A stretch of 30,642 nt of DNA from Bacteroidota bacterium (GCA_046046035.1 JBJOKO010000001.1:1-30642), one strand, 5' to 3'; shown: positions 8,501-16,673, numbered from the stretch's first letter. Notes: a model not told the origin generated them from the sequence alone. Numbers and translations are program-made.

Positions 8501-9507
8501 GTGTAATCAAGATCGGCACCTGTTCCGGGTGTAAGATCAATTTGTACATCATCACCAAGACAAAAGATAAAAGGAGAATTATCTTGAGCATTTAAGTTGG
8601 GGGCAATTCCTGGAGGAAATAGAAACACAGAATAGAGTACTGTAGATGAACAACCATCGTTATCTGTAATCGTATATTCATAGTCAACGTAACCAGAAGT
8701 GGATGTTGGGTAAATGGTGCTTGTAGCAGGCCATCCAGAAGCCAATGCAGTGTTATTTAATTCCCAAGAAATATTCGTTCCAGTCGTATTCGCATTTACA
8801 ACTTCGCTGTAACCGAGATTGAAATTTGGGGCAAAAAGTCCGAGGCAAAAGGGTACTACGAGAGTGTCATTTGCACCTCCTTGAGTTGAAAGAGGAAAGT
8901 TGTTTCCTGTAAAACTAAGTTGCGGATCAGGTCCACCAACAGAAACAGTTTGTGAAATACTACATGAATTATTTCCAGATGTAATAGTGAGCAAAACAGA
9001 GTGAGACCCGCCTGACATGAAATCGAAATCATTGACTGCTCCGTTGACGTCAACGTTTGGATAAGCGACCCCATCAAATGTATATGTGTAAGTGAGTCCT
9101 GCTACTGCTGGAGCAACACTAAAATCATAGTCTGAACAAGTTGCCTGTGTTCCGGTAAACCCAATAACACTGAACGTTTGCGTAGTACACGGATCTCCTT
9201 GGTCATCACTAATTTCAATTGTGAACGTTCCGGTGCCTGTTGGCGTGTATGTCGCAGCGGCGTTTTGATTGGCAGGAGTAACGGGAACTCCAGCGACATT
9301 ACTATTTATTACCGCATAGGAAATGGGAGTGTCGCAGTTGTTCAAATTGGCCGTGATGATATTGGCCGTTGTGAATGGCGCACCAGTGCACAAAAAGCTT
9401 TGAGCGCTTGAAACAGTTGATAGCGTGAAGAAAGCGAGAAATATGGCGAATTGAAAGCCACGAAAAAAGGCAGCAGAAATTCTAAAGTAGTTAGGAGTAG
9501 GTTTCAT
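2551..9507 (-). CDS. Giant (2318 aa) gliding motility-associated C-terminal domain (T9SS type B / CHU_C) protein with PKD and Cys-rich Ig-like repeats; probable surface adhesin
   Basis: Signal peptide ending 'VSSAQ'. PKD-like 'FQNQSTNFGALYWNFG...NPCYIYESSGYYDVTIT'. C-terminus 'LYVPSSFTPDNDGINDYF...MWIFDRWGEAVF...WIGNYRG...DGVYNWKVEY...GHVTVLR' is a type B CTD. Confidence 0.92.
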   Translation of the reverse strand: MKPTPNYFRISAAFFRGFQFAIFLAFFTLSTVSSAQSFLCTGAPFTTANIITANLNNCDTPISYAVINSNVAGVPVTPANQNAAATYTPTGTGTFTIEISDDQGDPCTTQTFSVIGFTGTQATCSDYDFSVAPAVAGLTYTYTFDGVAYPNVDVNGAVNDFDFMSGGSHSVLLTITSGNNSCSISQTVSVGGPDPQLSFTGNNFPLSTQGGANDTLVVPFCLGLFAPNFNLGYSEVVNANTTGTNISWELNNTALASGWPATSTIYPTSTSGYVDYEYTITDNDGCSSTVLYSVFLFPPGIAPNLNAQDNSPFIFCLGDDVQIDLTPGTGADLDYTLIISCDAPGIASRPVEILAEYTWFDAVPPSITWTPNASSCGCDNDVYWVTTYANHPCDNTPNNYDGSSSFQVGTSNLSSFSATDTLPCVNENVTFTWNNSTITATDYCQAAFNWSIIDPSGNTIIPTFAQGQGTPILNYAFTGSGDYSVCLDLNTLCDPVPQTQCMNICVTPNATASVTWNIPTTFCVNTPALNPVLTIPGPSCVTPTVLWTLTTQTGASVPTANYSLTGATTLTPTLQVFQKGLYRLNVAISNSICLSPPPTSSFNFTVAGAPIVTSSAPIAPCPGTTLCLDDFICVNECYSPLTAFNVSVYAGTYANCTVGAAVPLWSSTTIPSGSIINGCLLSTPYCANQFAGFTLPATNNAPYTVVITATNSCGSDTDCFTFNAGSTQTPTVNLPNTVCAGSTLNLTSDPLYQWGTLTYLVNYGSGYVSVPSNGQVVINNNVSFQITSGAAACGAPLIEPVTIYPTPQITIDYTGTQICAGIPLAITSSFTTGPVNSYQWSLNGSPTVTTPNYTIANPTDGSTIGLTVTYGTNCSQSISTVTIDTYSNPITLSPNCFNSSICQDAGLQNIPIVSGTGIVVTALTLDGGSILGSTTIDPSTLSIGLHTVVYTYTANGCAYTSQCTFTITAPQTVTIINPASSPCTSQPIAFTVSPSVTSTLTWSCTECPTCINSSTGVFTPTTAGTYTINVDGTCINPATLSVTVGGLPTAIITSPNVLCASQTMTLTATTTPANATTTWFVDLATDIPTTTNFNPQALGLSAGNYSVCVNVVDPSGCEDDVCYTVNVTNPIAPAPTLSCDPAFSFFCENSPVTPVPTVNPLPANWTFIQTTLNGAPYSITDVTPGVAPFEVGGSATDDTFIFEFEDVNGCPLSLNCDVNVQPNYSPTITYNGDLTLCPNQTIDLNLSSATSTYGAWNATGGALINPITGLFSAATPGQYTASFTGLCIDSVGVIITVVAPPTGDVTMPAVMCVSQSVPLSGTTNDPTNSTSWYISTIPPTVIATNLAPSVSGINAGNYNICMNITDTQGCSASVCEPIQINNAAPAPVLNCNPAFTHMCDDMPCENLPTITLNTWTLLDTLVNNLPFTGNQICAGTAPFVISGTPHSLTYSFVDPSGCPTTLSCPISVFDNYTPTITANNDFDICETESITFATSTATGGYGAWSMTGVGSLAANGVFTVPDVTTTENVTINFGGVCVDETSINLDINPNPIISADPVTQLCINETLTLTGSLSPDVTSSHWEWNGNTLAGNIIDPAALGMVAGTTYQICLVANNTFPCEVSSCFNLQIIGLPAQVVLDPDGWHCQSTPFTVPTNNVVTYTVEFTHTSTGAVTGPFNELDVINFAASGNYDYLITIESTSGCVITQNGTLNVVDDVAVDFSISNYSVCSPSFTVANSSTGMQASYSWTTNLPGGLTSANTYAPVPSAFAIDPNTYGDQTYFITLNGQNVCSNGSETIEVNFVDVPEIFIDATTLSACSEFNSTFTITCPTTTDISTIDYSFSNGWPAVSATNLAAFTQTFTSTFYQEVIITADVCNQCGCDSESITVEVYPPDTEAEFEAPTFLCPGESGIINNMAVGPDNMVTSWSILPSNGSLQIANNNGVFTLAAVSSAVPGNYTITQTTVSPGCGQSVDSQIVTIGSLPDLDFTYDAGDVCSGSQLCFQNQSTNFGALYWNFGTDNVFINDVNPCYIYESSGYYDVTITSTSPDGCDASYTETVQILGPDATISHADTSLCMPGIITFQIPSGEYASLEWNVQLPDTSLTILGTNPVNIQFNSIISSPYLSTISVTVTDIFGCTSMQETQVYLKPGVTAAFDFTIPEDCTIPISLPMNNLSTDGAFSRWLYNGIEYYMDEPTITITENDSQVTLYIVNEAGCEDVAFQTINCEAELYVPSSFTPDNDGINDYFAAKGEVFEFEMWIFDRWGEAVFHSKDIEEKWIGNYRGGQYFVADGVYNWKVEYKGFGGEKKILMGHVTVLR

Positions 9508-9588
9508 TTCGTCAAATCGGACGCTAATTTACGCATTTCTCTGCTAGAGACCGTGCGGTTAATACCGTAGCTTCACGAAATGATAAAC

Positions 9589-10230
9589 TCAATTTTCCTT
9601 TAAAAGCTCTTCTTTATGCGACTTTAATTCTTCGAGGTACTTGATGTACAATTTTCTGATTGTGTAATCAGCGAACCAATATGCCAAACGAAATAGAAGA
9701 ATGCCAATGGCTAGAACGATTAGAATAAAGAGAATTTTTGATTGAATGAAATCTAAAGAAAGAGTTGGAATGGGAATTTCATTGTCGGAATCTGAAATAC
9801 CAATTGCAGCGCCAACAAGCCCTCCGGCAGGAATTCCCCAAGCAATGTAGCGTTTGTAAGCTTTGATAAATCTTTCGAGTGTTTCAATTAATTGCGTTAA
9901 CCAATTGATCAAATTATCCGAACCTGTTTTGTGAAGTAATCGAAATTTTTGAAAGCTTGGATAAAAGAATGCCGCTTGTATAAGAACAATTGCCATTGTT
10001 AGAATAGCCACTAATAAAGGGAGTCCAGTGTGCTTGATGGTAAGAAGCCCAATAGATAATGCAATGCAAATCACGAACGAAAACACTATTTCAACAATCA
10101 TGTTACGCATGATTTTTTCTAGTGCAGAAGTGGTTTTTTTATGCAATAGCGATTCGATTTCTTCTTTTGATTTAGAAGAGTTCGAATGTGTTTTTTCGCG
10201 GAAAATATTTTTAAAATCGTCGAGTTCCAT
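9589..10230 (-). CDS. Hypothetical ~4-TM membrane protein, putative anti-sigma factor
   Basis: Starts 1 bp after the ECF sigma stop codon. Soluble N-terminus 'MELDDFKNIF...LEKIMRNMIVE' followed by about four hydrophobic segments, the usual layout of Bacteroidota ECF-partner membrane proteins. Confidence 0.65.
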   Translation of the reverse strand: MELDDFKNIFREKTHSNSSKSKEEIESLLHKKTTSALEKIMRNMIVEIVFSFVICIALSIGLLTIKHTGLPLLVAILTMAIVLIQAAFFYPSFQKFRLLHKTGSDNLINWLTQLIETLERFIKAYKRYIAWGIPAGGLVGAAIGISDSDNEIPIPTLSLDFIQSKILFILIVLAIGILLFRLAYWFADYTIRKLYIKYLEELKSHKEELLKEN

Positions 10231-10231
10231 T

Positions 10232-10732
10232 TTACTGTTGACTAGTTATTGATTCGCGAAGAGTTACTTTAATGCGTCCCATTTTTACAGCGACATTATT
10301 AGCAGAAATACCCAGCATCTCACCAATTGTTTTGTAATCGTAATCTTCTAGATATAGCGTCACAAGCGCTTTATCGACTTTATTTAATTTTGAAATGGCT
10401 TTGTACATTTCAAGAAATTGTTCTTCCACTTCTGCATCTTTCCAAGGGTCATCTGATGAAGAAATGGTGGTTATTTTATCACTTGAAAAAAAACTCAGTG
10501 GATTCTTTGTCGTTTTCTTGAAGTGAGAAATTGCGGTGTTCAATGCTATTTGATAGAGCCATGTGCTGAACTTCGATTCTCCTCGAAATTTGGATATGGA
10601 TTTCCACGCTTGAAGAACGATCTCTTGAAATAAATCTTCACGATCATCTGCATGCGAACAATAGAGCAAACACACCTTATGGATAATCCGTTGGTGCGTT
10701 TGCAGTTCTTGTGTGAATTGTGTTTCGGTCAC
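10232..10732 (-). CDS. ECF-family RNA polymerase sigma-70 factor
   Basis: Region 2 'DREDLFQEIVLQAWKSISKFRGESKFSTWLYQIALNTAI' and region 4 'LYLEDYDYKTIGEMLGISANNVAVKMGRIK'; GTG start. Confidence 0.93.
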   Translation of the reverse strand: MTETQFTQELQTHQRIIHKVCLLYCSHADDREDLFQEIVLQAWKSISKFRGESKFSTWLYQIALNTAISHFKKTTKNPLSFFSSDKITTISSSDDPWKDAEVEEQFLEMYKAISKLNKVDKALVTLYLEDYDYKTIGEMLGISANNVAVKMGRIKVTLRESITSQQ

Positions 10733-10751
10733 TTTGCGGAGAGATAAGCGA

Positions 10752-11624
10752 CTAGATAAATATTGGAGTTACAGTGAATCCGGCTTTACGAAGCAGATTG
10801 ATGACGCCATTTTCTCCTGATAGATGTCCTGCACCAACAGCATAAAATGTTGACTCTTTCTTTGAAGTATCAATGATTTTTGGGATCCAGTTTTTGTTGC
10901 GGTTTCCAAGCATTATGTCTTCGAGATCGCCCGTCACATATTCCGTTTTTTTAATATAATCTCCTAATCCTGCAATGTCTTTTTGACGATATAAGTTGAG
11001 CATTTCATTCGTTTCTGATTTCATCAAATTCATATCAAGAACATATTTGCTCAACTCTGTGGCCTGCATTTGATAAGGCATTTTGTCGAAAATATCAAGT
11101 TGATCTTGAATCGACTCGAGTCCATTTAAACTAACTTTATTTGCCTGTGCAAGTTTTACAAATTCCATTTCTGGCGAACCTGGTTGACACTCAAGTGCAG
11201 AGGGGTAAACCATCGATAGAAGAAGCATAGGCTTGTAGTTGCTGACGGCGTCTAATGGAATACCAACAATAGTCTCTAGTGCTCTGCTCGTGGCTTTGTA
11301 GACGCTGTCTGACATGTATTCTTTCATCGTATGTCCGTCTTTCATCGCCATCCCAGAAGCCATTTGCCCAGGAAGCGCAGGATCATCCATATCAAGTTCA
11401 AGATAAATTGACTTGCAAGAAGCAACAGTTTTTTTCAATGAATCAGAAAATTGCAAATCTGCTTCACAGAGCAAGTGAAATGTTCCGTAGAGATAAGATG
11501 GTGTAGAAAGCCCATTGCCACTGATTTTCCAGAGCAACGCTTTTTCGGTTGGAACTTGTGAATTTGCATTAAAGCTGAACAGTGTGGCAACAAGTGCAAT
11601 TCCTAAGGCAACTAATTTTTTCAT
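10752..11624 (-). CDS. TraB/GumN (Tiki-like) family protein
   Basis: Signal peptide; motifs 'LLWKISGNGL..PSYLYGTFHL', 'YLELD', 'GLES...Q', 'RNKNW', 'FYAVGAGHL.G..GVINLLRKAGFTV'. Confidence 0.9.
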   Translation of the reverse strand: MKKLVALGIALVATLFSFNANSQVPTEKALLWKISGNGLSTPSYLYGTFHLLCEADLQFSDSLKKTVASCKSIYLELDMDDPALPGQMASGMAMKDGHTMKEYMSDSVYKATSRALETIVGIPLDAVSNYKPMLLLSMVYPSALECQPGSPEMEFVKLAQANKVSLNGLESIQDQLDIFDKMPYQMQATELSKYVLDMNLMKSETNEMLNLYRQKDIAGLGDYIKKTEYVTGDLEDIMLGNRNKNWIPKIIDTSKKESTFYAVGAGHLSGENGVINLLRKAGFTVTPIFI

Positions 11625-11684
11625 GTTTTCTTGATTTGGTTTTGACTATATGTACACGTTGCAGAAGAAATATTACACGAAGAG

Positions 11685-11718
11685 AAAAAAAAGTCGGAAC
11701 TCGAGTGAGTCCGACTTT
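11685..11718 (-). terminator. Intrinsic terminator of the small membrane protein gene
   Basis: Minus strand AAAGTCGGACTC-ACTC-GAGTTCCGACTTTTTTTT: stem with one bulge followed by a U-tract. Confidence 0.75.
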
Positions 11719-11767
11719 CATATTTTTATTCTAATAAAAGTTGTTGACCGGGGTCAGCAACGATGAA

Positions 11768-11956
11768 TTAGATGAGAGTTCCTTCTTTTTTTGCTTTCTC
11801 ATTGAAGCGCTTTTGCATGCGCAACCAAATGAAAAGACCTACGAAACCGCCGATGATGCACACGATGTTAAACCAATGAGTCATTGGTTCAAGGATATGT
11901 TTGAAAGTCCATTGAAGCGCGTCAGCGATTGGGTTTAGAATGCTTTGAAGATTCAT
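11768..11956 (-). CDS. Small (62 aa) single-TM membrane protein, DUF6341-like
   Basis: Amphipathic N-terminus, TM 'WFNIVCIIGGFVGLFIWL', basic tail. Has its own -7 promoter element and terminator and lies next to a DUF6427-like gene. Family call is from memory. Confidence 0.6.
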   Translation of the reverse strand: MNLQSILNPIADALQWTFKHILEPMTHWFNIVCIIGGFVGLFIWLRMQKRFNEKAKKEGTLI

Positions 11957-11975
11957 AGTTGGTAAAATTGTGAGG

Positions 11976-11983
11976 CAAATTTA
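11976..11983 (-). promoter_or_regulatory. Bacteroidota housekeeping -7 promoter element (TAAATTTG)
   Basis: Exact TAnnTTTG match 19 bp upstream of the 11956 start codon. Confidence 0.6.
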
Positions 11984-12031
11984 TGAAGAGAGAGCCAAAT
12001 TAGCACTTTCTACCATCATTTTTGTAGCGAA

Positions 12032-13021
12032 ATGATTTTACGACAGTTCTCCTCTCGACAACCTTACCTGCTTTTAGCGGTTCCGTTATTGGTTCTTGGC
12101 ACTCTATTTCCCGCAGCCCAACTGGGTTTGTTGAGTTTTGGTCATGCCGACTTTCCACTAGAGGATGTCCTAGGTAAGGTAATGCCCTTTGCTTGGTATG
12201 GCGTCTCGATTGCGGCTTGTTTGATCATAATTGGGGCCTTGGTGAGCAATATAGTTTTCAACAGGCATGAGTTTCATATGTCGCCCTCTTATGTGCCGGC
12301 ATTGATCTATGCGACTGTGGCAGTGGCGCTTTGTCTCATTCGATGTTCCATTCCGGCCCTTGCTGCTAATGTTGCGGTGATTTTGGGCATGAATAGATAC
12401 CTCGAGGTTTTTCGACAATCAAAAGCACTCTCGGCTTATTTCGTTGCTGGATTTTGGATGGGAGTTGGCGCTTTGCTCTTCCCTCCATATCTAATATTGG
12501 CCGCAGGAATGATTGTGTCGAGTATCAATACAAGAACTTTTAATTGGCGAGAACAACTGCTTCCACTTCTTGCCTTCGGTACACCTTTTCTTTATTGGTG
12601 GGTATTTAAGTTTTGGAATAATGAACTGAACGACCTAGTTCTATTCAGGAAGATTTATTCATTTGATCCCCCAAAAGGTCCAGACTGGAACGACTGGTGG
12701 ACGAGGGCCTATGGAATAATGGTTGCCGTTTCGTTTGTTATGGCGCTGCGAAGTTTCATCTTCCTTTCTGATAGAAGTTCGAATAAGGCTAGAAGTGTAA
12801 AGCGTATTTTTCTTTTAATGTCGCTTTTCATATTGGGCGCGGCGGGTGTGTGTTTGGTGTTTGTAGGACAATGGATTCCTGAGGTTATTCTGTTGCCAGT
12901 GACCTTCATTATGGGACATTGGTACACCAATTATCGTTTCAGTTTGATCGCGCCATTTTCATTCTATGCAATTCTTTTTGGAGCAGCGGGATTAATCATG
13001 CACATCTTTGGACTGTTCTAA
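12032..13021 (+). CDS. Polytopic membrane protein, DUF6427-like
   Basis: 329 aa with about 9-10 hydrophobic segments; 'RTFNWREQLLPLLAFGTP' motif resembles this Bacteroidota family. Family call is from memory. Confidence 0.55.
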   Translation: MILRQFSSRQPYLLLAVPLLVLGTLFPAAQLGLLSFGHADFPLEDVLGKVMPFAWYGVSIAACLIIIGALVSNIVFNRHEFHMSPSYVPALIYATVAVALCLIRCSIPALAANVAVILGMNRYLEVFRQSKALSAYFVAGFWMGVGALLFPPYLILAAGMIVSSINTRTFNWREQLLPLLAFGTPFLYWWVFKFWNNELNDLVLFRKIYSFDPPKGPDWNDWWTRAYGIMVAVSFVMALRSFIFLSDRSSNKARSVKRIFLLMSLFILGAAGVCLVFVGQWIPEVILLPVTFIMGHWYTNYRFSLIAPFSFYAILFGAAGLIMHIFGLF

Positions 13022-13023
13022 GT

Positions 13024-13031
13024 TACCTTTG
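13024..13031 (+). promoter_or_regulatory. -7 promoter element (TACCTTTG) for purQ
   Basis: Exact TAnnTTTG followed by C, 19 bp before the ATG at 13051. Confidence 0.65.
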
Positions 13032-13050
13032 CACGCAAAATTTCCAGACC

Positions 13051-13743
13051 ATGAAATTCGGAGTTGTTGTATTTCCAGGTAGTAACTGTGATGAAGACTT
13101 GATGTACACCCTTGAAGAGGTGCTTCATCAAGAAGTAGTAAAGCTTTGGCATAAAGACACCGATCTACAAGGTGTAGACTTTGTGTTTATCCCAGGTGGT
13201 TTCTCTTATGGAGACTATTTGAGAAGCGGCGCTATCGCTCGTTTTTCGCCAATCATGAATGAAGTTATTGCTCATGCTAATCGCGGTGGATTCGTGATGG
13301 GTATTTGCAATGGATTCCAAATTCTTTGCGAAGCCAAACTTCTTCCTGGAGCATTGATGCACAACACTTCTCGTAAGTTTATTTGTAAAAACGTATTCTT
13401 AAAACCAGAGTCAAAGAGCACAATCGTGACATCAGGACTTGATTTTGAGAAAGCGTATAAAATTCCAATCGCACACGGTGAAGGTAATTTCTACGGCGGT
13501 CCTGATTTGATTAAATCATTGAACGACAACGACCAAGTTCTTTTCCGTTATTGCAATGAAGAAGGCGAAGTGACCGAGGAATCTAATCCTAACGGGGCTT
13601 TGGAGAATATCGCAGGTATTTCAAATGCAAAGAAAAATGTGTTCGGAATGATGCCACACCCAGAGCGTGCAAGTGATTTTGAGCTTGGGAATACGGACGG
13701 TCGTGAGATTTTTGAGTCGATCTTGAGCCACGTTATCCAATAA
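13051..13743 (+). CDS. purQ: Phosphoribosylformylglycinamidine synthase subunit PurQ (glutaminase)
   Basis: 'MKFGVVVFPGSNCD', 'PGGFSYGDYLRSG', catalytic 'GICNGFQIL', 'PIAHGEGN', 'GMMPHPER'. Start set to ATG 13051 rather than the ORF-track extension to 12919. Confidence 0.96.
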   Translation: MKFGVVVFPGSNCDEDLMYTLEEVLHQEVVKLWHKDTDLQGVDFVFIPGGFSYGDYLRSGAIARFSPIMNEVIAHANRGGFVMGICNGFQILCEAKLLPGALMHNTSRKFICKNVFLKPESKSTIVTSGLDFEKAYKIPIAHGEGNFYGGPDLIKSLNDNDQVLFRYCNEEGEVTEESNPNGALENIAGISNAKKNVFGMMPHPERASDFELGNTDGREIFESILSHVIQ

Positions 13744-13842
13744 AAGCTAAAAATTATCGAGGAGCGCAATTGTTTTTTGCGAACTTTGTTGGGCTCGCGT
13801 TGTTTGACAATATTGGCTTACAATGATTGAGCATTCTAAAAT

Positions 13843-15783
13843 ATGAGTAATTACGTTCCAGGACCACTACTGGCAAAGGTGAATTCACCTGCCGACCTCA
13901 AGGCTAATGTCACTGAAGATCAGTTGCCACAGCTTTGTAATGAGCTACGTCAATATATCGTAGACATTGTGTCGGAAAAGGGTGGTCACTTTGGAGCAAG
14001 TCTAGGCACGGTCGAAATGACTGCCGCTATTCATTACGTATTTAATACTCCTTATGATCAATTGGTTTGGGACGTTGGTCACCAAGCATACGGCCATAAG
14101 ATACTTACAGGCCGAAGAGACCAATTTCATACAAATCGCAAATACAAAGGTATAAGTGGCTTCCCAAAAAGAAGCGAAAGTGACTATGACACGTTTGGTG
14201 TAGGTCATAGCTCAACTTCTATCAGTGGTGCGCTCGGTATGGCAGTAGCAAGCCGTCTAAAAGGCGAGCCTGACCGACAAGTAGTAGCTGTGATTGGTGA
14301 TGGCGCAATGACCGCTGGGCTTGCGTTTGAGGGCCTAAATCATGGCGGTGCGGAGGATGCAAATGTGCTTGTTATTCTAAATGACAATTGCATGAGCATA
14401 GACCCAAATGTGGGCGCTTTGAAGGAGTATCTAACCGACATTACTACAAGTCATACATACAATAAAGTAAAAGACGAGGTTTGGAACCTTCTCGGCAAAG
14501 TGTCGAAATTCGGTCCTAATGCGCAATCTATTGCACATAAAATTTCGGAGTCACTCAAGGGTTCTTTGATCAAAGAGAGCAATTTGTTTGAGGCTTTGAA
14601 CTGGAGATATTTCGGTCCAATCGATGGCCACGATGTAGAATACATGGTAAAGGTGCTTCGCGATCTTCGCGACATTCCTGGTCCGAAGATTCTGCACGTT
14701 GTAACCATGAAAGGAAAAGGCTATGAGCCTGCTGAAAAAGGCAGTCCTACCAAATGGCACGCGCCAGGTCTATTCAATAAAGAGACCGGTGAAATCGTGA
14801 AGATTGTTCCTAAAAGTCCACAACCACCTCTTTACCAAGATGTGTTTGGACATACGATCATTGAATTAGCGGAGAAAAATGAGAAGATTGTTGGTGTTAC
14901 ACCTGCAATGCCTTCTGGTTGTTCTTTGAAATTCATGATGGAAGCAATGCCAAAACGTGCATTTGACGTGGGTATCGCTGAACAACATGCGGTTACTTTT
15001 TCTGCTGGAATGGCAACACAAGGATTAATTCCTTTCTGCAATATTTATTCAAGCTTTATGCAACGCGCATTTGACCAAGTGGTTCATGATGTGGCTTTGC
15101 AAAATCTACACGTAGTACTTTGTCTCGATCGTGGTGGTCTTGTTGGCGCTGATGGTGCTACACACCATGGCGCATACGACATCGCTTACATGCGCTGCAT
15201 TCCAAATATGATTGTTGCAAGCCCGATGAATGAAAGCGAGTTGCGCAATTTGATGTACACTGCTCAGTATGAGAATTACGGTGTTTTCTCTATTCGATAT
15301 CCACGTGGAAACGGGATGTTGGTAGATTGGAAAACGCCAATGAAACTTCTGAAAGTAGGTACCGGAAGAAAAGTTCGTGGAGGTGAAGACGTTGCTTTCT
15401 TGACCATTGGTCCAATCGGAAATAATGCGCTGAAAGCTTGCGAAGAATTGCAAGAGAAAGGCATTAGCGCTGCTCTGTATGATATGCGTTTTGCAAAACC
15501 AATTGATGAAGTTTTGCTTCATGAAGTGTTTAGCAAATTCAAACATGTTATCACAGTAGAAGACGGCTGTATCCAGGGTGGAATGGGTAGCGCAGTGCTT
15601 GAGTTCATGGCCGATAATGGCTATCAAGCACAAGTGAAGCGCCTAGGTATTCCAGATGCTTTCATTGAACATGGTACGCAAGACGAACTCTATGCAGAGT
15701 GCGGTTTTGATGCTAACGCAATGGTGGCAACAGCAATCGAAATGGTAGGCCAGGCATCTAATCGCCTAGCGATCAATTCGTGA
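13843..15783 (+). CDS. dxs: 1-deoxy-D-xylulose-5-phosphate synthase
   Basis: 'GGHFGASLG', 'WDVGHQAYGHKILTGR', TPP-binding 'GDGAMTAG...NDN', 'DVGIAEQHAV', 'GADGATHHG', 'IRYPRG'. Confidence 0.97.
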   Translation: MSNYVPGPLLAKVNSPADLKANVTEDQLPQLCNELRQYIVDIVSEKGGHFGASLGTVEMTAAIHYVFNTPYDQLVWDVGHQAYGHKILTGRRDQFHTNRKYKGISGFPKRSESDYDTFGVGHSSTSISGALGMAVASRLKGEPDRQVVAVIGDGAMTAGLAFEGLNHGGAEDANVLVILNDNCMSIDPNVGALKEYLTDITTSHTYNKVKDEVWNLLGKVSKFGPNAQSIAHKISESLKGSLIKESNLFEALNWRYFGPIDGHDVEYMVKVLRDLRDIPGPKILHVVTMKGKGYEPAEKGSPTKWHAPGLFNKETGEIVKIVPKSPQPPLYQDVFGHTIIELAEKNEKIVGVTPAMPSGCSLKFMMEAMPKRAFDVGIAEQHAVTFSAGMATQGLIPFCNIYSSFMQRAFDQVVHDVALQNLHVVLCLDRGGLVGADGATHHGAYDIAYMRCIPNMIVASPMNESELRNLMYTAQYENYGVFSIRYPRGNGMLVDWKTPMKLLKVGTGRKVRGGEDVAFLTIGPIGNNALKACEELQEKGISAALYDMRFAKPIDEVLLHEVFSKFKHVITVEDGCIQGGMGSAVLEFMADNGYQAQVKRLGIPDAFIEHGTQDELYAECGFDANAMVATAIEMVGQASNRLAINS

Positions 15784-16614
15784 GTTTTTGGTGGCTTGTG
15801 TGAATTTCCAAATTTTATAAGCGCAAAAAGCAATCAATATTAATTGAATTGCGATTGCGGAGTATCCCAAGAGCACAATCATTTTTTGAGGAAATGACAG
15901 CCCATCGGGACTGAGGAATACGAAGAGGAGTGTGAGAATAGACGCCAATATCATTAAGTACAGGGTATATAGCAATCCAGCCGCCACACGGTCTAATTTG
16001 GGAAAGTTCATTGAAGAACTTTCATGGGTATAATGTTTTAAGTCTTCCGTATCTTTTTGGATTGCACTTGTTTTTTTACGGAGAGAGATCTTAATGATTA
16101 AAGCATAAATCCAAAGTCCCAAGAGAACTGCTCCAAGGGAAATGAATAGGATGTTGAAGAATGGGAGAACAGCAAAAAACTCCTCTAATGTTAATGTCAT
16201 AACAGTCGTTGTGCCGTATCCTAATGCAGCGATACCAAGTCCAGCAACCGCGTTTTTACTCGATTTTTTGAATAATTTTTTAGGAGAGAATGGCACTGAA
16301 TATTCGTTTTTGATCGAGTCATTCGGACTTATAATAGTATCCAGAAATGTAGTAGTAACAAGAACGTCACTACAGGTCTTGTTTTCAGAGGCTTGAATAA
16401 ACGTTGTGGTGTCTGTTTCTGTTGTTGAAATGCTTAGAGGCTCATTTTTTAAAAATGGAGCAGTCCTTTTATCATTCGTTTTTTCCTTATTGTTTGAAAG
16501 CGGTTGAATGTTGTACCCATTCATATAACGGCGCTTTTCAATTGTACAAGAAAAGAGCAAGGCCGCGATGAAAATGAGCGAGGCTGTTTTTATGATAAAA
16601 GCAGAATAACGCAT
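15766..16614 (-). CDS. 'SCTIEKRRY' family lipoprotein/membrane protein, paralog 1
   Basis: Lipobox 'LLFSC' then TIEKRRYMNGYNI, a polar linker, and about four C-terminal TM segments. The stop overlaps the dxs 3' end by 18 nt. Confidence 0.7.
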   Translation of the reverse strand: MRYSAFIIKTASLIFIAALLFSCTIEKRRYMNGYNIQPLSNNKEKTNDKRTAPFLKNEPLSISTTETDTTTFIQASENKTCSDVLVTTTFLDTIISPNDSIKNEYSVPFSPKKLFKKSSKNAVAGLGIAALGYGTTTVMTLTLEEFFAVLPFFNILFISLGAVLLGLWIYALIIKISLRKKTSAIQKDTEDLKHYTHESSSMNFPKLDRVAAGLLYTLYLMILASILTLLFVFLSPDGLSFPQKMIVLLGYSAIAIQLILIAFCAYKIWKFTQATKNSRIDR

Positions 16615-16673
16615 GGCGCAATTTAGTAAAGCACACCTAATCGAATCTATATTACATGCTCATTAAATTGACT

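Noticed and set aside
2534-9411. Many short antisense and alternate-frame ORFs inside the 2318-aa gene, and likewise inside dxs, polA, PiT, the porin and the 737-aa gene
   Set aside because: Fully nested in well-supported long CDSs, with no motifs and no independent expression signals.
12919-13050. N-terminal extension of PurQ, and similar ORF-track extensions at 18311, 18894, 26591 and 30357
   Set aside because: The extensions overlap upstream genes or promoter elements; family-typical N-termini begin at the downstream ATGs.
13051-13743. Isolated purQ without purS/purL as an anomaly
   Set aside because: Purine genes are commonly scattered in Bacteroidota; the partners are probably elsewhere in the genome.
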